A stretch of DNA of 64,000 nt from Clostridiales bacterium (GCA_040766525.1 JAXGQI010000003.1:16335-80334), one strand, 5' to 3'. Positions 40,991 to 51,111 are shown, counted from the stretch's first letter. Program-made: numbers and translations. The notes: a model not told the origin generated them from the letters alone.

Positions 40991-42031
40991 ATGGATAATG
41001 TAAAAACCGTTGAACTTGATTTAACTGACCGCAAATGGATCCAAAAATATCTGGACATCAACAATGAGATCTGGTATATGACCAGAGAAGATGTTGTCAA
41101 TGTAGGCCTTACCCGTGACGATATTTTAAAACTTACGGAAGATGCTATGATCGCCCATGGGAAAAAAGCTTATGAAATGCCTGCTAAAATCGGCGTACAT
41201 CCTCTTCCGGAAGTGTTCTTCCATGCCATGCCCGCCTATGTGCCGGGAAAAAATGCCGTCGGCTGCAAATGGATCGAATGCTATCCATTAAATAAAGAAC
41301 GTTTCAACTTAGACCAAACAACCGGTCTCTTGATTATAAACGACGTATATTCCGGTTGTCCCATTGCCATCATGGATTGTGCTTGGGTAACCGCTATGCG
41401 TACTCCTGCCGTTACGGTTCTCGCCGCTGCCGCCCTTCACCCGGATGCCACCACATATGGCCAATTCGGTTGCGGCGTTCAAGGCATCGAACATGTTCGT
41501 TTTGTTGTACGCACTTTAAAGAAACTGAAAGAGATCTATGTTTACGATATCAACGAAGCAGCAATGGATCATCTTATCAGTTTAGTACAACCGGAAATCG
41601 AAGCAACGATCATCAAAGCAAAAAGCGCTGAAGAGGTCACCAAATCCTGCGAAGTCCTCAGTTCCGCCACAATCATCGTAAAAGATACATTTAAAGCCAT
41701 AAAAGATGAATGGGTATCGGCAGGACAAACGATTTTGCCTTGCGATCTCAATACCTACCTTGATCCTGCCACCACCATGCGTGCCGATAAATACATTGTC
41801 GACAGTATCGACGAACATGAACTCTTCGCCGGCATGGGCTATTTCCCCGGGGGATTACCGAAAATCACATGCGAAACCGGTGAAATTTTGGCGGGTGAAA
41901 CCGGCAGAGAAAGCAAAGACAGGCTGATCGTTTGCAGCAATATTGGCATCTCCGTTAATGACGTTGTTGTTGGCAGAGAATTATTCAACCGTGCTATCGC
42001 CAATGGCATCGGACGGAAACTGCCATTATAA
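40991..42031 (+). CDS. ornithine cyclodeaminase / mu-crystallin family NAD(P) dehydrogenase
   Basis: 346 aa. VTAMRTPAVTVLAAAAL followed by GCGVQG Rossmann motif. Good RBS (TAGGAGG). Confidence 0.8.
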   Translation: MDNVKTVELDLTDRKWIQKYLDINNEIWYMTREDVVNVGLTRDDILKLTEDAMIAHGKKAYEMPAKIGVHPLPEVFFHAMPAYVPGKNAVGCKWIECYPLNKERFNLDQTTGLLIINDVYSGCPIAIMDCAWVTAMRTPAVTVLAAAALHPDATTYGQFGCGVQGIEHVRFVVRTLKKLKEIYVYDINEAAMDHLISLVQPEIEATIIKAKSAEEVTKSCEVLSSATIIVKDTFKAIKDEWVSAGQTILPCDLNTYLDPATTMRADKYIVDSIDEHELFAGMGYFPGGLPKITCETGEILAGETGRESKDRLIVCSNIGISVNDVVVGRELFNRAIANGIGRKLPL

Positions 42032-42068
42032 AGTAAATCTCCGCCTATCGCATAAAACAAAGAACCTC

Positions 42069-42127
42069 GTATACCGAGGGGAATCCACCCTCGGTATACC
42101 CCCCGCGGGGTTCGAAACTAATTTTTT
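42069..42127 (+). terminator. double stem-loop plus T-tract after the OCD-family gene
   Basis: 12-bp perfect stem GTATACCGAGGG/CCCTCGGTATAC, then CCCCGCGGGG, then ...AATTTTTTG. Confidence 0.55.
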
Positions 42128-42157
42128 GTTTTATTTAGAAGTGAAAGGAGTATATAT

Positions 42158-42946
42158 ATGATCTATTTACCCAGAGATCCCGGCATCAGCACGATTTACG
42201 CACGCAAAAAAACGGTTGCCTATGGAATGGGGCTGGGCATTATGCTTCTTGATGAAGTATATCCTGGTTTTCCCGGGGATGTTCGCAATGCCAGCGCTTT
42301 TCCTTATCCCATCCAGTATGATGTCGTTCGCGATATCAGCATCAAAAAGCTTGTTTATGATGAGGATAAGACACCTTGTCGTCAACCGATCCTTGATGCC
42401 GCAAAACGCCTGGAAACGCTGGGTTGCCGTGCAATTGCCGCCGAATGCGGATACTTTGCCTATTTCCAAAAAGACGTTGCCGGTTATGTTGATATACCCG
42501 TTTTCATGTCCAGCCTTTTACAGGTTCCCATGATTCAACAATGTATTGGCCCCAACAAAACTGTAGCCATTTATTGTGCCGTCAAAAACTCTTTAACCGA
42601 TAACCATCTTAAGGCCGTTGGCATCGATCCCAATAGCAATATTGTAATCGGCGGCGGTATGGATGAATACAAAAACTCCGAATTTATCAGCTTATGGAAC
42701 GAAGAATTACGCCCTGAAGTTCCCATGGCCAATTACGAAAAATCGGAAAAAGATATTATTGCCGCCATCAAAGACATGATCAGCAAAAATCCAAGCATAG
42801 GTGCGATTATGCTAGAATGCACCGGCATGCAACCCTTTGGCAGAGCCATTCAAAGAGCTGTCGATTTGCCCGTTTATGACTGGGGGACATTGTTAGATTA
42901 TGCCTATTCTGTTATCAACCACAGAGATTATTATGGTCATGTATAA
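42158..42946 (+). CDS. Asp/Glu/hydantoin-racemase-superfamily protein
   Basis: 262 aa with two Cys-containing motifs (AAECGYF and MLECTGM) spaced as in two-Cys racemase/isomerase folds. Assigned from memory of the family only. Confidence 0.5.
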   Translation: MIYLPRDPGISTIYARKKTVAYGMGLGIMLLDEVYPGFPGDVRNASAFPYPIQYDVVRDISIKKLVYDEDKTPCRQPILDAAKRLETLGCRAIAAECGYFAYFQKDVAGYVDIPVFMSSLLQVPMIQQCIGPNKTVAIYCAVKNSLTDNHLKAVGIDPNSNIVIGGGMDEYKNSEFISLWNEELRPEVPMANYEKSEKDIIAAIKDMISKNPSIGAIMLECTGMQPFGRAIQRAVDLPVYDWGTLLDYAYSVINHRDYYGHV

Positions 42947-43185
42947 TGGGTCTTGGTGCTAAACGCACCATCATCACCATTATAAAAGGCCGCAGTAAAG
43001 CTCTTTCTCATCTCCATATTTTTACTCTCAAACGATCTATTGATCGGTACATCTCTCTTCTTTTTTTTATTCCGCCGTTAAGGCGGAGTTCCTTTATTCG
43101 GCACTTTGCGAAAGGACATTGGAAACCGCTCAAGATCCAATTGTAGCAAAACTTGTCATATGTGCAAAAATCTGCTACGATTGAA

Positions 43186-43223
43186 TTGCAAATCTATTTG
43201 CAATATTTTGCACTTTGGTTGCA
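43186..43223 (+). promoter_or_regulatory. phased TTGCA repeats upstream of the activator gene (operator and/or degenerate sigma54 promoter)
   Basis: TTGCA at 43186, 43198, 43208 and 43219 (spacing 12/10/11). TGCAAATctATTTGCA is a 7-bp-arm palindrome. TTGCACtttggTTGCA differs from TGGCAC-N5-TTGCA only at the first G of the -24 GG. Confidence 0.4.
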
Positions 43224-43244
43224 ATCAAAAGGGAGTGACAAAAA

Positions 43245-44960
43245 ATGAAAGAGCGAAGATTATTACAAAATTATTTCGAAACCATTTATCGAAATAAAGA
43301 AGAATGCTTAGTGGTTTGTAACGCGCAAGGGGATATCACATATCATAATCCATCGTTTTCCCTGCATTTTGGCAACTATGATTCCATTTTTGATCTATTC
43401 CCGGACTTTCCTCACTTCCCCCATACTTTGCCTATGTTGGAAGATGAAAAAATTGAAAGTGATGTAACCCATATCAAACTTGATGGTGAAACCTTTTATG
43501 TTGCCTTTTTGCGCATTGTTCCTGAATGGGAGATTCCTTCTCCCCTTTTGGTTCATGCATTAAAGACCGTTCTCAATACGGTGGAAGATGGAATATCCGT
43601 CATTGATGATACCGGACATTTTATTTTTTATAATGCTGCTTTGGAAAACTTGGAAGGATATCGCGCACAAGACGTTATCGGAAAACATGTGTCGGATCTC
43701 TATAATGTTAACCCGCAAACCAGCCAATTATTGCATGCCCTGGAAAGCAAACAAATGATACGAGAATACCGACAACATTATTCGATGAAAAATAACCGGG
43801 ATTTTGAGGTGATTATTGAAGCGCATCCCCTCTTTAGAAATAATAAAGCTGTCGGCGCCATCTGTATTTACAAAGACAAAACAATGTTGGAAAAACTTAC
43901 ACGCAAATATTATTTTCTCCAAGAGAGTAAAGCGGATTCCATCCACTATGTCAATACAAATTTAGCAACAAAAGATACAAACCCCCAGCTCATTGGCAAT
44001 AATGTGAATTTCTTGGAAAGCTTGCAAATGATGCAAACAGCTGCCGCCAGTAATTCTCCCGTCATGATTTATGGCGAGACCGGTACCGGCAAAGAGCTTT
44101 TTGCCCGAGAAATCCATAGTTTAAGCAACCGCGCAGAACACCCATTTATCGCTATTAACTGCGCCGCCATTCCCGAATCATTATTGGAAGGATTGCTTTT
44201 CGGCACAGTCAAAGGGGCTTTCACCGGCGCATCCCAAATGGAAGGCCTTTTTGAGCAAGCCAACGGGGGAACCATCTTTCTGGATGAGTTAAACTCAATG
44301 CCCCTTGCTTTACAGGCAAAAATATTGCGTGCCATAGAAGAAAAATCTATTCGTCGATTAGGGGATAAAAAATGCATCCCCATTGATATCCGCATTGTTA
44401 GCAGCACAAATCATGATCCTATTGCCGCCATAAATGAAGGGTTAATGCGCTCAGACCTTTTTTATCGTCTAGCTGTCTTTTTTATTAAAATTCCTCCGCT
44501 TAGGGAAAGGATTGACGATATTGAATTACTGGTTTCCTACTTCATAAAAGTATTCAATAAAGAATCCAAGAAAAAAATCATCGGTGTACATCCAGATGTG
44601 ATTCAGGGATTTAAGGCCTATGCATGGCCAGGGAATATCCGGCAACTACGCAATATTATCGAATGTGCTATGAATTTTGTTGGCGATAAAGACACGATCC
44701 TCCATAAAATCCATGCCCCGTTATGCCAATATCTTTGATAATGAATGGAAGGCCTTGGAATTATCCAATAATCCCCATGCGAATGAAGATAATGACTAAG
44801 GAACGCAACATTATATCGGAGATCAAGGAGAGGAAAAAGCAGAGATTATCCGAGATATTAAAAAGGACACAAGAGCAATATTACGCAAGCTGCTAAACGC
44901 ATGGGCATTAGCCGCCAATCTCTCCAATATAAAATGAAAAAAAATAATCTATCTAGTAGT
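43245..44960 (+). pseudogene. sigma54-dependent transcriptional activator (PAS-PAS-AAA+-HTH) with its C-terminal HTH out of frame
   Basis: [21 protein letters not shown] and ...[15 protein letters not shown] are intact in the 497-aa ORF. The Fis-type HTH (NITQAAKRMGISRQSLQYKMKKNNL) lies in another frame after the stop at 44738. Confidence 0.8.
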
Positions 44961-44972
44961 AAGTGCCAAATT

Positions 44973-46363
44973 ATGATCGATAGACTGCAAAAAATACACG
45001 AAGCAAGCATGGCTATGCTCAAAAACACCGGGATGAAATTTCATCATCCCGAAGCAATAACAATTCTGAAAGAAAATGGCATCACCACCAAAGGCAATAT
45101 TGCTTATTTCACGGAAGAGCAATTGATGTACTGGGTGAAAAAAGCCCCATCCTCCTTTTCTTTATGCTCAATCCCCAGCATAACATTGTAATCGGCGGAA
45201 ACAATGTTCATATGGCGCCTTGTTATGGTGCGCCTCGTATGGACAAGGATGGGAACAAACGGTCTGCCTCCATAAAAGACTATGTCAAACTGGCAAAACT
45301 TTTTCAAACCAATGATGATTATCATGTAAATGGCGGTTTGATGGTCAACCCAATGATATCCCCATCAAAAACAGTCCGCTCTATTTATTCTATGCCGCAT
45401 GCACCCATTCCGATAAATGTATGATGGTGTCATCGGGCGCAAAAGACCAAATGGAAATGCTCATGGATATTACCGCTCTCGCATTTGGAGGTAAAAGACT
45501 CTCGCCAAATATCCTCGTATTCTAACGATTGTAAATGCCAATACACCTTTACAACTCGATATTACTATGACCGATGTACTCTTAACCTTCCGCAAAACAC
45601 GGGCAACCTTTTGTCGTCGCTTCTGCAGCCGCTGCTTGACCCATCTCCGTAACCTTAGCCGGCACCATTGCGATGACCAATGCGGAAGTTTTGGCCACAT
45701 CGCCTTAGCACAGATGGTCAATCCCGGCACACCGGTAATTTACGCCTCCCAATCCACCACCGCCGATATGCGTACCGGAAGCATCGCAATCAGGTCTCCC
45801 GAGGAGCGCTGTTATAAGTATTGCGCCCAATTAGCCAAGTTCTATCAACTCCCCTGCCGTGGCAGCGGGACGCTGACCGACAGCAAAACGATTGATGCCC
45901 AAGCCGGATATGAATCCTTGCTCACGTTCTAGCTTGTTGTCAAAATAAAGTAAGATTTCATCATTCATTCTGCCGGCATCCTTGACGGATATGCCTGTAT
46001 CTCCTACGAAAAAGTCATTATGATTTTGAAGTTAACCGTTATGTCCTTCGCTATCTACGTGAATTTGAAATCAATCAAGATACGATTCCTTTAGATCTCA
46101 TCAATGAAGTGGGTCATACAGGGGAATACCTTGCAAAGACCATACCTTCCAGTATTTATGTGAACCATTAACACGATTAGTTCCCGAGGTCTTGTCGCTG
46201 ATCCTCTGGGTCAAATGGGCCATAGAATCGACGAACAGATGAACAAGTTGTGGATGCATATACGGTTCCCGCTCAAGATCATAATATCACCTCTTCCATA
46301 AAGGCATATCTTGAGGCAAAGGGATTGGATATAAACTTACTGGAAGCCATCGAACAATATTGA
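44973..46363 (+). pseudogene. second MttB-superfamily methyltransferase, heavily frame-disrupted
   Basis: N-terminus MIDRLQKIHEASMAMLKNTGMKFHHPEA..., then at least 6 frame changes and stops. The C-terminal ...VDAYTVPAQDHNITSSIKAYLEAKGLDINLLEAIEQY* is still readable. Confidence 0.8.
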
Positions 46364-46390
46364 GGACACCATTTCCCAAAGGAGGGAAAT

Positions 46391-47677
46391 ATGCTCAAAT
46401 CAACAAAATATGAAAAAGATATGTTAGCAGGTGCTCATGGCAAATTAAAACAACAGGCTATAAAAAAGGTTGTCGATTATGCCAAAATCCTGAACGCCAC
46501 AGAATTATGTGAGGTAACCATGGCACACCTTTTTTGCGGAGGCCATCATTATCTTGATGCGGCTGGTAGCGACAACATTGCGGAAACCATCGCACAAATG
46601 CACTATTGCACTCATGATATTTTGCCCCAAGAAGAATTTGTTTGCTATTGCCAAGCAGACTCGGGGCCTTTGGATCCAGCTCATTATTTAAAAATGAATG
46701 CAACTGAAGAAGAGGCCCAACACAATAACGATTTCCTCACCTACTTTCAAAAACAGGGTGTCAACCTTACAGGAACCTGCGTCCCCTATCTTTGTGGTTT
46801 TGTTCCTCTCAGGGGAGAACATTTTGTATCCAGTGAATCTCATGCCGTAACTTTAATGAACTCACTATGGGGCGCTGCCGGCAATGCCGACGGGCTGGAG
46901 GCAGGCTTTTGGGCTGCCGCCTGTGGGAGGATACCCAAATGGGGGAATCATATCGCAGAAAACCGCAAAGGTACCCATGTATTCAATATTTGTTGCACGA
47001 TGAAATCAAGCAGGGATTGGGATCTTCTCGGTTATACCATCGGCCGGTTTCTCCCCACCCATAGCATACCCGTAATAACAGGCTTATCGGATCGCCCCGA
47101 TATCGTTAAGCTCAAATATTTCTTTGCGGCCATGGCAACTACGGCCGGTCCAGAAATGTGCCATATCGTTGGGATCACACCGGAAGCCACCCAAATTGAA
47201 GCCGCTTTGGGTGGGGAAAAACCCAAAGCAATTCGGGATATTTCATCCATCGATATAGAAAAATCATATGATATTCTCAATAGCAAACAACAAAACGGTA
47301 AACTGGACTATGTAAGTCTTGGCTGCCCTCATTACAGCATTGAAGAATTACGCAAGATCGCTAAATTGCTTAGAGGGAAAAAAATAGCAAAAAATACCAT
47401 TTTGCACATTTGGACTGCCGGCCCGATAAAGGAAACCGCTGATCGTTCCGGCTATACGAAGGATATCGAGGCTTCAGGCGCCCATCTTCTTACCAGTACC
47501 TGCCCATTGTTAAGCGGGAAAATGCCCAAAGGATGCCAAACAGCGGCTTTTGATTCAGCCAAGCAAGCGCATTATTTAAAGGCAGAGGGTAAAGCCAATA
47601 TATGTTATGGCACAATGGAAAAATGCATCCAAAGTGCCATATCGGGGAAATGGGAGGTAGCACCATGGGAAGAATAA
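46391..47677 (+). CDS. aconitase X large subunit (DUF521)
   Basis: 428 aa; N-terminal EKDMLAGAHGKLKQQAIKKVVDYAKILNATELCEVTMAH.. resembles DUF521. Followed by an overlapping DUF126 gene. Strong RBS (AAAGGAGGG). Confidence 0.75.
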   Translation: MLKSTKYEKDMLAGAHGKLKQQAIKKVVDYAKILNATELCEVTMAHLFCGGHHYLDAAGSDNIAETIAQMHYCTHDILPQEEFVCYCQADSGPLDPAHYLKMNATEEEAQHNNDFLTYFQKQGVNLTGTCVPYLCGFVPLRGEHFVSSESHAVTLMNSLWGAAGNADGLEAGFWAAACGRIPKWGNHIAENRKGTHVFNICCTMKSSRDWDLLGYTIGRFLPTHSIPVITGLSDRPDIVKLKYFFAAMATTAGPEMCHIVGITPEATQIEAALGGEKPKAIRDISSIDIEKSYDILNSKQQNGKLDYVSLGCPHYSIEELRKIAKLLRGKKIAKNTILHIWTAGPIKETADRSGYTKDIEASGAHLLTSTCPLLSGKMPKGCQTAAFDSAKQAHYLKAEGKANICYGTMEKCIQSAISGKWEVAPWEE

Positions 47678-48096
47678 TCCAGGGGCGAGGAGCTGTAGGC
47701 GGTATTTGCAAAGGTATTGCAATGGTCAGCCGGGAAACCATTCAAGGTTGGTCGGGAATAGACGAAAAGACCGGGGTCATCTTGGAAGAAAACCATCCTT
47801 TTCAAAGGAAATCTCTAAAAGATTCCATCTTGATTATCTCAGGAGGCAAAGGTTCCAATGGCTGGTCTTGCCACTTCCATGCAGCAAAGCTTAAAGGGGT
47901 TGCTCCCGGCGCCCTAGTTTTCCCCAAAATGGATTCACGCACCGGCGTTGCTGCTGCAGTGATGGGCGTACCCGTCGTTACAGATTTAAAAGAAGATATT
48001 TTTGCTCTGGTAAAAACAGGTGATACTGTCATCGTTCATGGTGATGACGGATATATTGAAATAATCGATCCTGCAAAAAATGATAACGTGAGGTAA
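47665..48096 (+). CDS. aconitase X small (swivel) subunit (DUF126)
   Basis: 143 aa from ATG 47665 (13-nt overlap with the large subunit). ISGGKGSNGWS...GVAPGALVF...GVPVV pattern typical of DUF126. Confidence 0.75.
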   Translation: MGRIIQGRGAVGGICKGIAMVSRETIQGWSGIDEKTGVILEENHPFQRKSLKDSILIISGGKGSNGWSCHFHAAKLKGVAPGALVFPKMDSRTGVAAAVMGVPVVTDLKEDIFALVKTGDTVIVHGDDGYIEIIDPAKNDNVR

Positions 48097-48100
48097 GGCC

Positions 48101-49027
48101 ATGACAAGACAAAGAGCGGTGATCTATACCATCTCAGCTTCGCTTTTGTTTGGGCTCATCCCCTTCATTGTAGCAAAAGCCTATGAAACAGGAATGAATG
48201 CCTTTGACGTATTGTTTTTCCGTTTCTTCTTTGCGGGCATCCTCTTCTATTTCATTTTACGCCTACGAAAAGAGACCCTGGCTATAACTTGGTTGCAAAT
48301 GCGGATTTTGCTTATTATGGGCATTGTGGGTTATGTCATGATGAACGCCACCTTGTTCCTGTCCTATAATTATCTATCCATCGGTCTAGCAACAACGATT
48401 CACTTTGCCTATCCTATCGTGGTCACCATTCTTGCCTATTTTTTTTATAAGCAAAAATTGAGACGTATTGGCATAATAGCGTTGTTTCTGGCCACTTTGG
48501 GGATTATTCTCCTTTCTGCCGACGATTATTCGATTAACAGCATATTAGGACTCGTACTCTCCTTTTCATCGGCGGTGTTTTTTGCAGCCTATGTCCTTTT
48601 AATCGCTCATCCTGAAATCAAAAGCATGAGCCCATGGAAAATTCTGTTTTATGTATCTTTGCTGACAACCGTTTTACTTTTTGTCGGTGAACTATGTTTT
48701 GGGACAACGCCCTTTGTCCGCCTCACCGGCATGGGTTGCCTTTATATGCTGATACTCTCAGTAGGGTGCACAGTGGTTTCTCTTGCCCTGTTTACTCTAG
48801 GGATAAAAAGGATGGGGCCTGCCACGGCTTGCATTTTAGCCACTCTAGAACCGATTACCAGCATTCTATTGGGCGCACTGTTTTTAGGCGAACAATTTAA
48901 TTTACAAATCGGCGTTGGTTGTGTTTTCGTTATTGTTGCCGTAGTGCTCATCTCTTTACCCAGTAAAGGCGAAGCGGAAGCACAGCAACCACAAACAACG
49001 GAAGTACAAAATCATGAATCATATTAG
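48101..49027 (+). CDS. EamA/DMT-family transporter
   Basis: 308 aa, 10 hydrophobic segments in two EamA-like halves. Confidence 0.8.
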   Translation: MTRQRAVIYTISASLLFGLIPFIVAKAYETGMNAFDVLFFRFFFAGILFYFILRLRKETLAITWLQMRILLIMGIVGYVMMNATLFLSYNYLSIGLATTIHFAYPIVVTILAYFFYKQKLRRIGIIALFLATLGIILLSADDYSINSILGLVLSFSSAVFFAAYVLLIAHPEIKSMSPWKILFYVSLLTTVLLFVGELCFGTTPFVRLTGMGCLYMLILSVGCTVVSLALFTLGIKRMGPATACILATLEPITSILLGALFLGEQFNLQIGVGCVFVIVAVVLISLPSKGEAEAQQPQTTEVQNHESY

Positions 49028-49046
49028 GGGGAAAAGGGCAAATACA

Positions 49047-49265
49047 ATGACCAAAATAAGTCCGCGGCGGATATCTCTATGCGTTTCGGAAGTGGCGGCC
49101 GCCGCTCCATCACGCCGGGCAGAATATGGCGATGAACGGAGCGTTAATGATAAAGAAAAACTTTTCGGCCAAAGCATCAACATTGTGGAAATGGCGTCGG
49201 AAGCGGGCGCAGCCGACGCCAAAGTCCGCAATCTTTCTACCAAGAAAAAGCAGAGAGACCTCTAA
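49047..49265 (+). CDS. hypothetical 72-aa protein (uncertain)
   Basis: ATG behind GGGGGAAAAGGG; ends 16 nt before a strong terminator. No recognisable family; Ala/Ser/Arg-rich. Confidence 0.25.
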   Translation: MTKISPRRISLCVSEVAAAAPSRRAEYGDERSVNDKEKLFGQSINIVEMASEAGAADAKVRNLSTKKKQRDL

Positions 49266-49281
49266 TAAGGCAAAAACAGAT

Positions 49282-49316
49282 AAAACCCCGCTGCGGTCGA
49301 ACCGCAGCGGGGTTTT
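49282..49316. terminator. bidirectional rho-independent terminator
   Basis: AAAACCCCGCTGCGGtcgaaCCGCAGCGGGGTTTT. A second hairpin, AAGACCACCCGtcaaCGGGTGGTCTT, lies at 49338-49363 next to the rubrerythrin stop. Confidence 0.8.
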
Positions 49317-49367
49317 ATGATTGCCATCGCCTTAATCAAGACCACCCGTCAACGGGTGGTCTTAATC

Positions 49368-49904
49368 TTATTTTTTTCTTACGAAATGGGCTTGCGGATG
49401 GTCGCAAACCGGGCAAACCTCCGGCGCTTTAACGCCCCGGTGGATATGACCGCAATTCAAGCAGATCCAAAGAACTTCTTCCGTATCCGTAAAGACCGTA
49501 TCGCATTCCAAGGCTTCCAAAAGGGATTGATAGCGTTCTTCATGATGCTTTTCAATAGCCGCAACCAGTTCAAACAGGGTCGCAAGCTCATCAAAGCCTT
49601 CTTCTTTCGCTTCTTTCGCCATGCGGGGATACATTTCGGTCCATTCTTCTTTTTCGCCGCCGGCAGCAGCCTTCAGGTTCGCTTTCGTATCGCCGATCCC
49701 TTCAAGCTTTTTGAACCAGATCTTGGCGTGTTCTCTTTCATTATTAGCGGTTTCTTCGAAAATCGAAGAGATGCCGACATAGCCTTCTTTTTTGGCAACA
49801 GAAGCAAAATAGGTGTATTTATTTCTGGCCATGGATTCCCCACCAAAGGCCTCCCACAAATTAGCTTCCGTTTTCGTCCCCGCTAATTTCTTGTCACTAC
49901 TCAT
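49368..49904 (-). CDS. rubrerythrin
   Basis: Ferritin-like N-domain (E..A..Y......A...G) and C-terminal rubredoxin-like C..C...C..C (CLNCGH...CPVCDH). Start at ATG 49904 behind a GGAGGG RBS. Confidence 0.88.
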   Translation of the reverse strand: MSSDKKLAGTKTEANLWEAFGGESMARNKYTYFASVAKKEGYVGISSIFEETANNEREHAKIWFKKLEGIGDTKANLKAAAGGEKEEWTEMYPRMAKEAKEEGFDELATLFELVAAIEKHHEERYQSLLEALECDTVFTDTEEVLWICLNCGHIHRGVKAPEVCPVCDHPQAHFVRKK

Positions 49905-49935
49905 ATTGTCCCTCCGTTCCATTCTTCTTTATCTA

Positions 49936-51096
49936 TTACAAGATCGCAATAATTTTCTCTTTCAACGCTTCCAAGTCTTCTTCCGATGCTTCATACTGGA
50001 TCCGGGCCATTTCAATGGTTTCCCATTTCATCTCCTTCATGAAGTCCGTGATGATTCCGGGGCTTTGCCCGCTCCAACCGTAGGAACCAAAACCCAGTCC
50101 AATCCGGCCGGTAGGATTTAAGCCTTTGATATATGTCAATAAGCTGCCCACCGTAGGCATAATCCCGTTATTGAGGGTGGGAGAACCGATGGCAATGTAT
50201 TTTGCCTCCAAGATCTCGGCCATCACATCGGAAATATGGTCCGCTTTCAATGACATCCTTTTGACGGGAATGCCTTTTGCCATAAAAGCATCGCTAATCG
50301 TAGCTGCCATTTTTTCCGTTACGCCCCACATAGAGTCATAAACCACCACGGCTTTTTCCATCACCGTATTGGTAGACCACTTCTGATATGCCTCTAAGAT
50401 GGCGGGAATATGTTTCCCCCAAATCAAGCCATGGCTCGGACAAATATACTCAATGTCCAAACCGCCGACAGCTTCCAGCGCCTTTTGCACCTGTTTCCCG
50501 AAGGGAAGAACGATATTGGCATAGTACTTCCCTGCTTCTTGCATCAGGGTATCGAAGGGCACTTCTTCATCAAAACGCGCGGATGCAGCATAATGCTGGC
50601 CAAAAGCATCATTGGGAAAGAGGATTTTTTCTTTGGCTAAATAAGTCACCATATTATCAGGCCAATGAACCATCGGCGTCTGCACAAAGGTCAGTTCATA
50701 CTGGCCTAGAGACAAAGTATCACCGCTTTTCACGAGCTCGGTATCCCATTCGCCAGTATAATGCTGGTGAAGACCTTTATCCCCTTGGGCATTGGTAATC
50801 ACCTTCGCTTTGGGGCATGCCGCCAAAACCGCCGGCAATGCGCTGGAATGATCTCTTTCCACATGGTTTACAATGATATAATCGATCTCGGCAGGGTCAA
50901 TCACGCTCTTAATCCTGGATAGAAGCTCTCCTTCAAAACCCTTTTTTGCCGTATCGATCAAGGTAACCTTTTCATCGATCACCAAATACGCATTGTAGGT
51001 TGCGCCTCTCTGGGTAAGATAACCATGAAAGTTGCGTATGTTCCAATCGATCACTCCGACCCAATAAATGTTATCTTTAATTTTTACAGCTTCCAT
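49936..51096 (-). CDS. flavodiiron protein (FprA-type, metallo-beta-lactamase plus flavodoxin domains)
   Basis: HVERDH di-iron motif and a C-terminal flavodoxin-like domain (VVVYDSMWGVTEKMA); 386 aa. Confidence 0.88.
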   Translation of the reverse strand: MEAVKIKDNIYWVGVIDWNIRNFHGYLTQRGATYNAYLVIDEKVTLIDTAKKGFEGELLSRIKSVIDPAEIDYIIVNHVERDHSSALPAVLAACPKAKVITNAQGDKGLHQHYTGEWDTELVKSGDTLSLGQYELTFVQTPMVHWPDNMVTYLAKEKILFPNDAFGQHYAASARFDEEVPFDTLMQEAGKYYANIVLPFGKQVQKALEAVGGLDIEYICPSHGLIWGKHIPAILEAYQKWSTNTVMEKAVVVYDSMWGVTEKMAATISDAFMAKGIPVKRMSLKADHISDVMAEILEAKYIAIGSPTLNNGIMPTVGSLLTYIKGLNPTGRIGLGFGSYGWSGQSPGIITDFMKEMKWETIEMARIQYEASEEDLEALKEKIIAIL

Positions 51097-51111
51097 GATA
51101 GCACACCATCC

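Noticed and set aside
49317-49886. 189-aa plus-strand ORF
   Set aside because: It is antisense to rubrerythrin, is Phe/Arg-rich and low-complexity, and starts inside a terminator hairpin.
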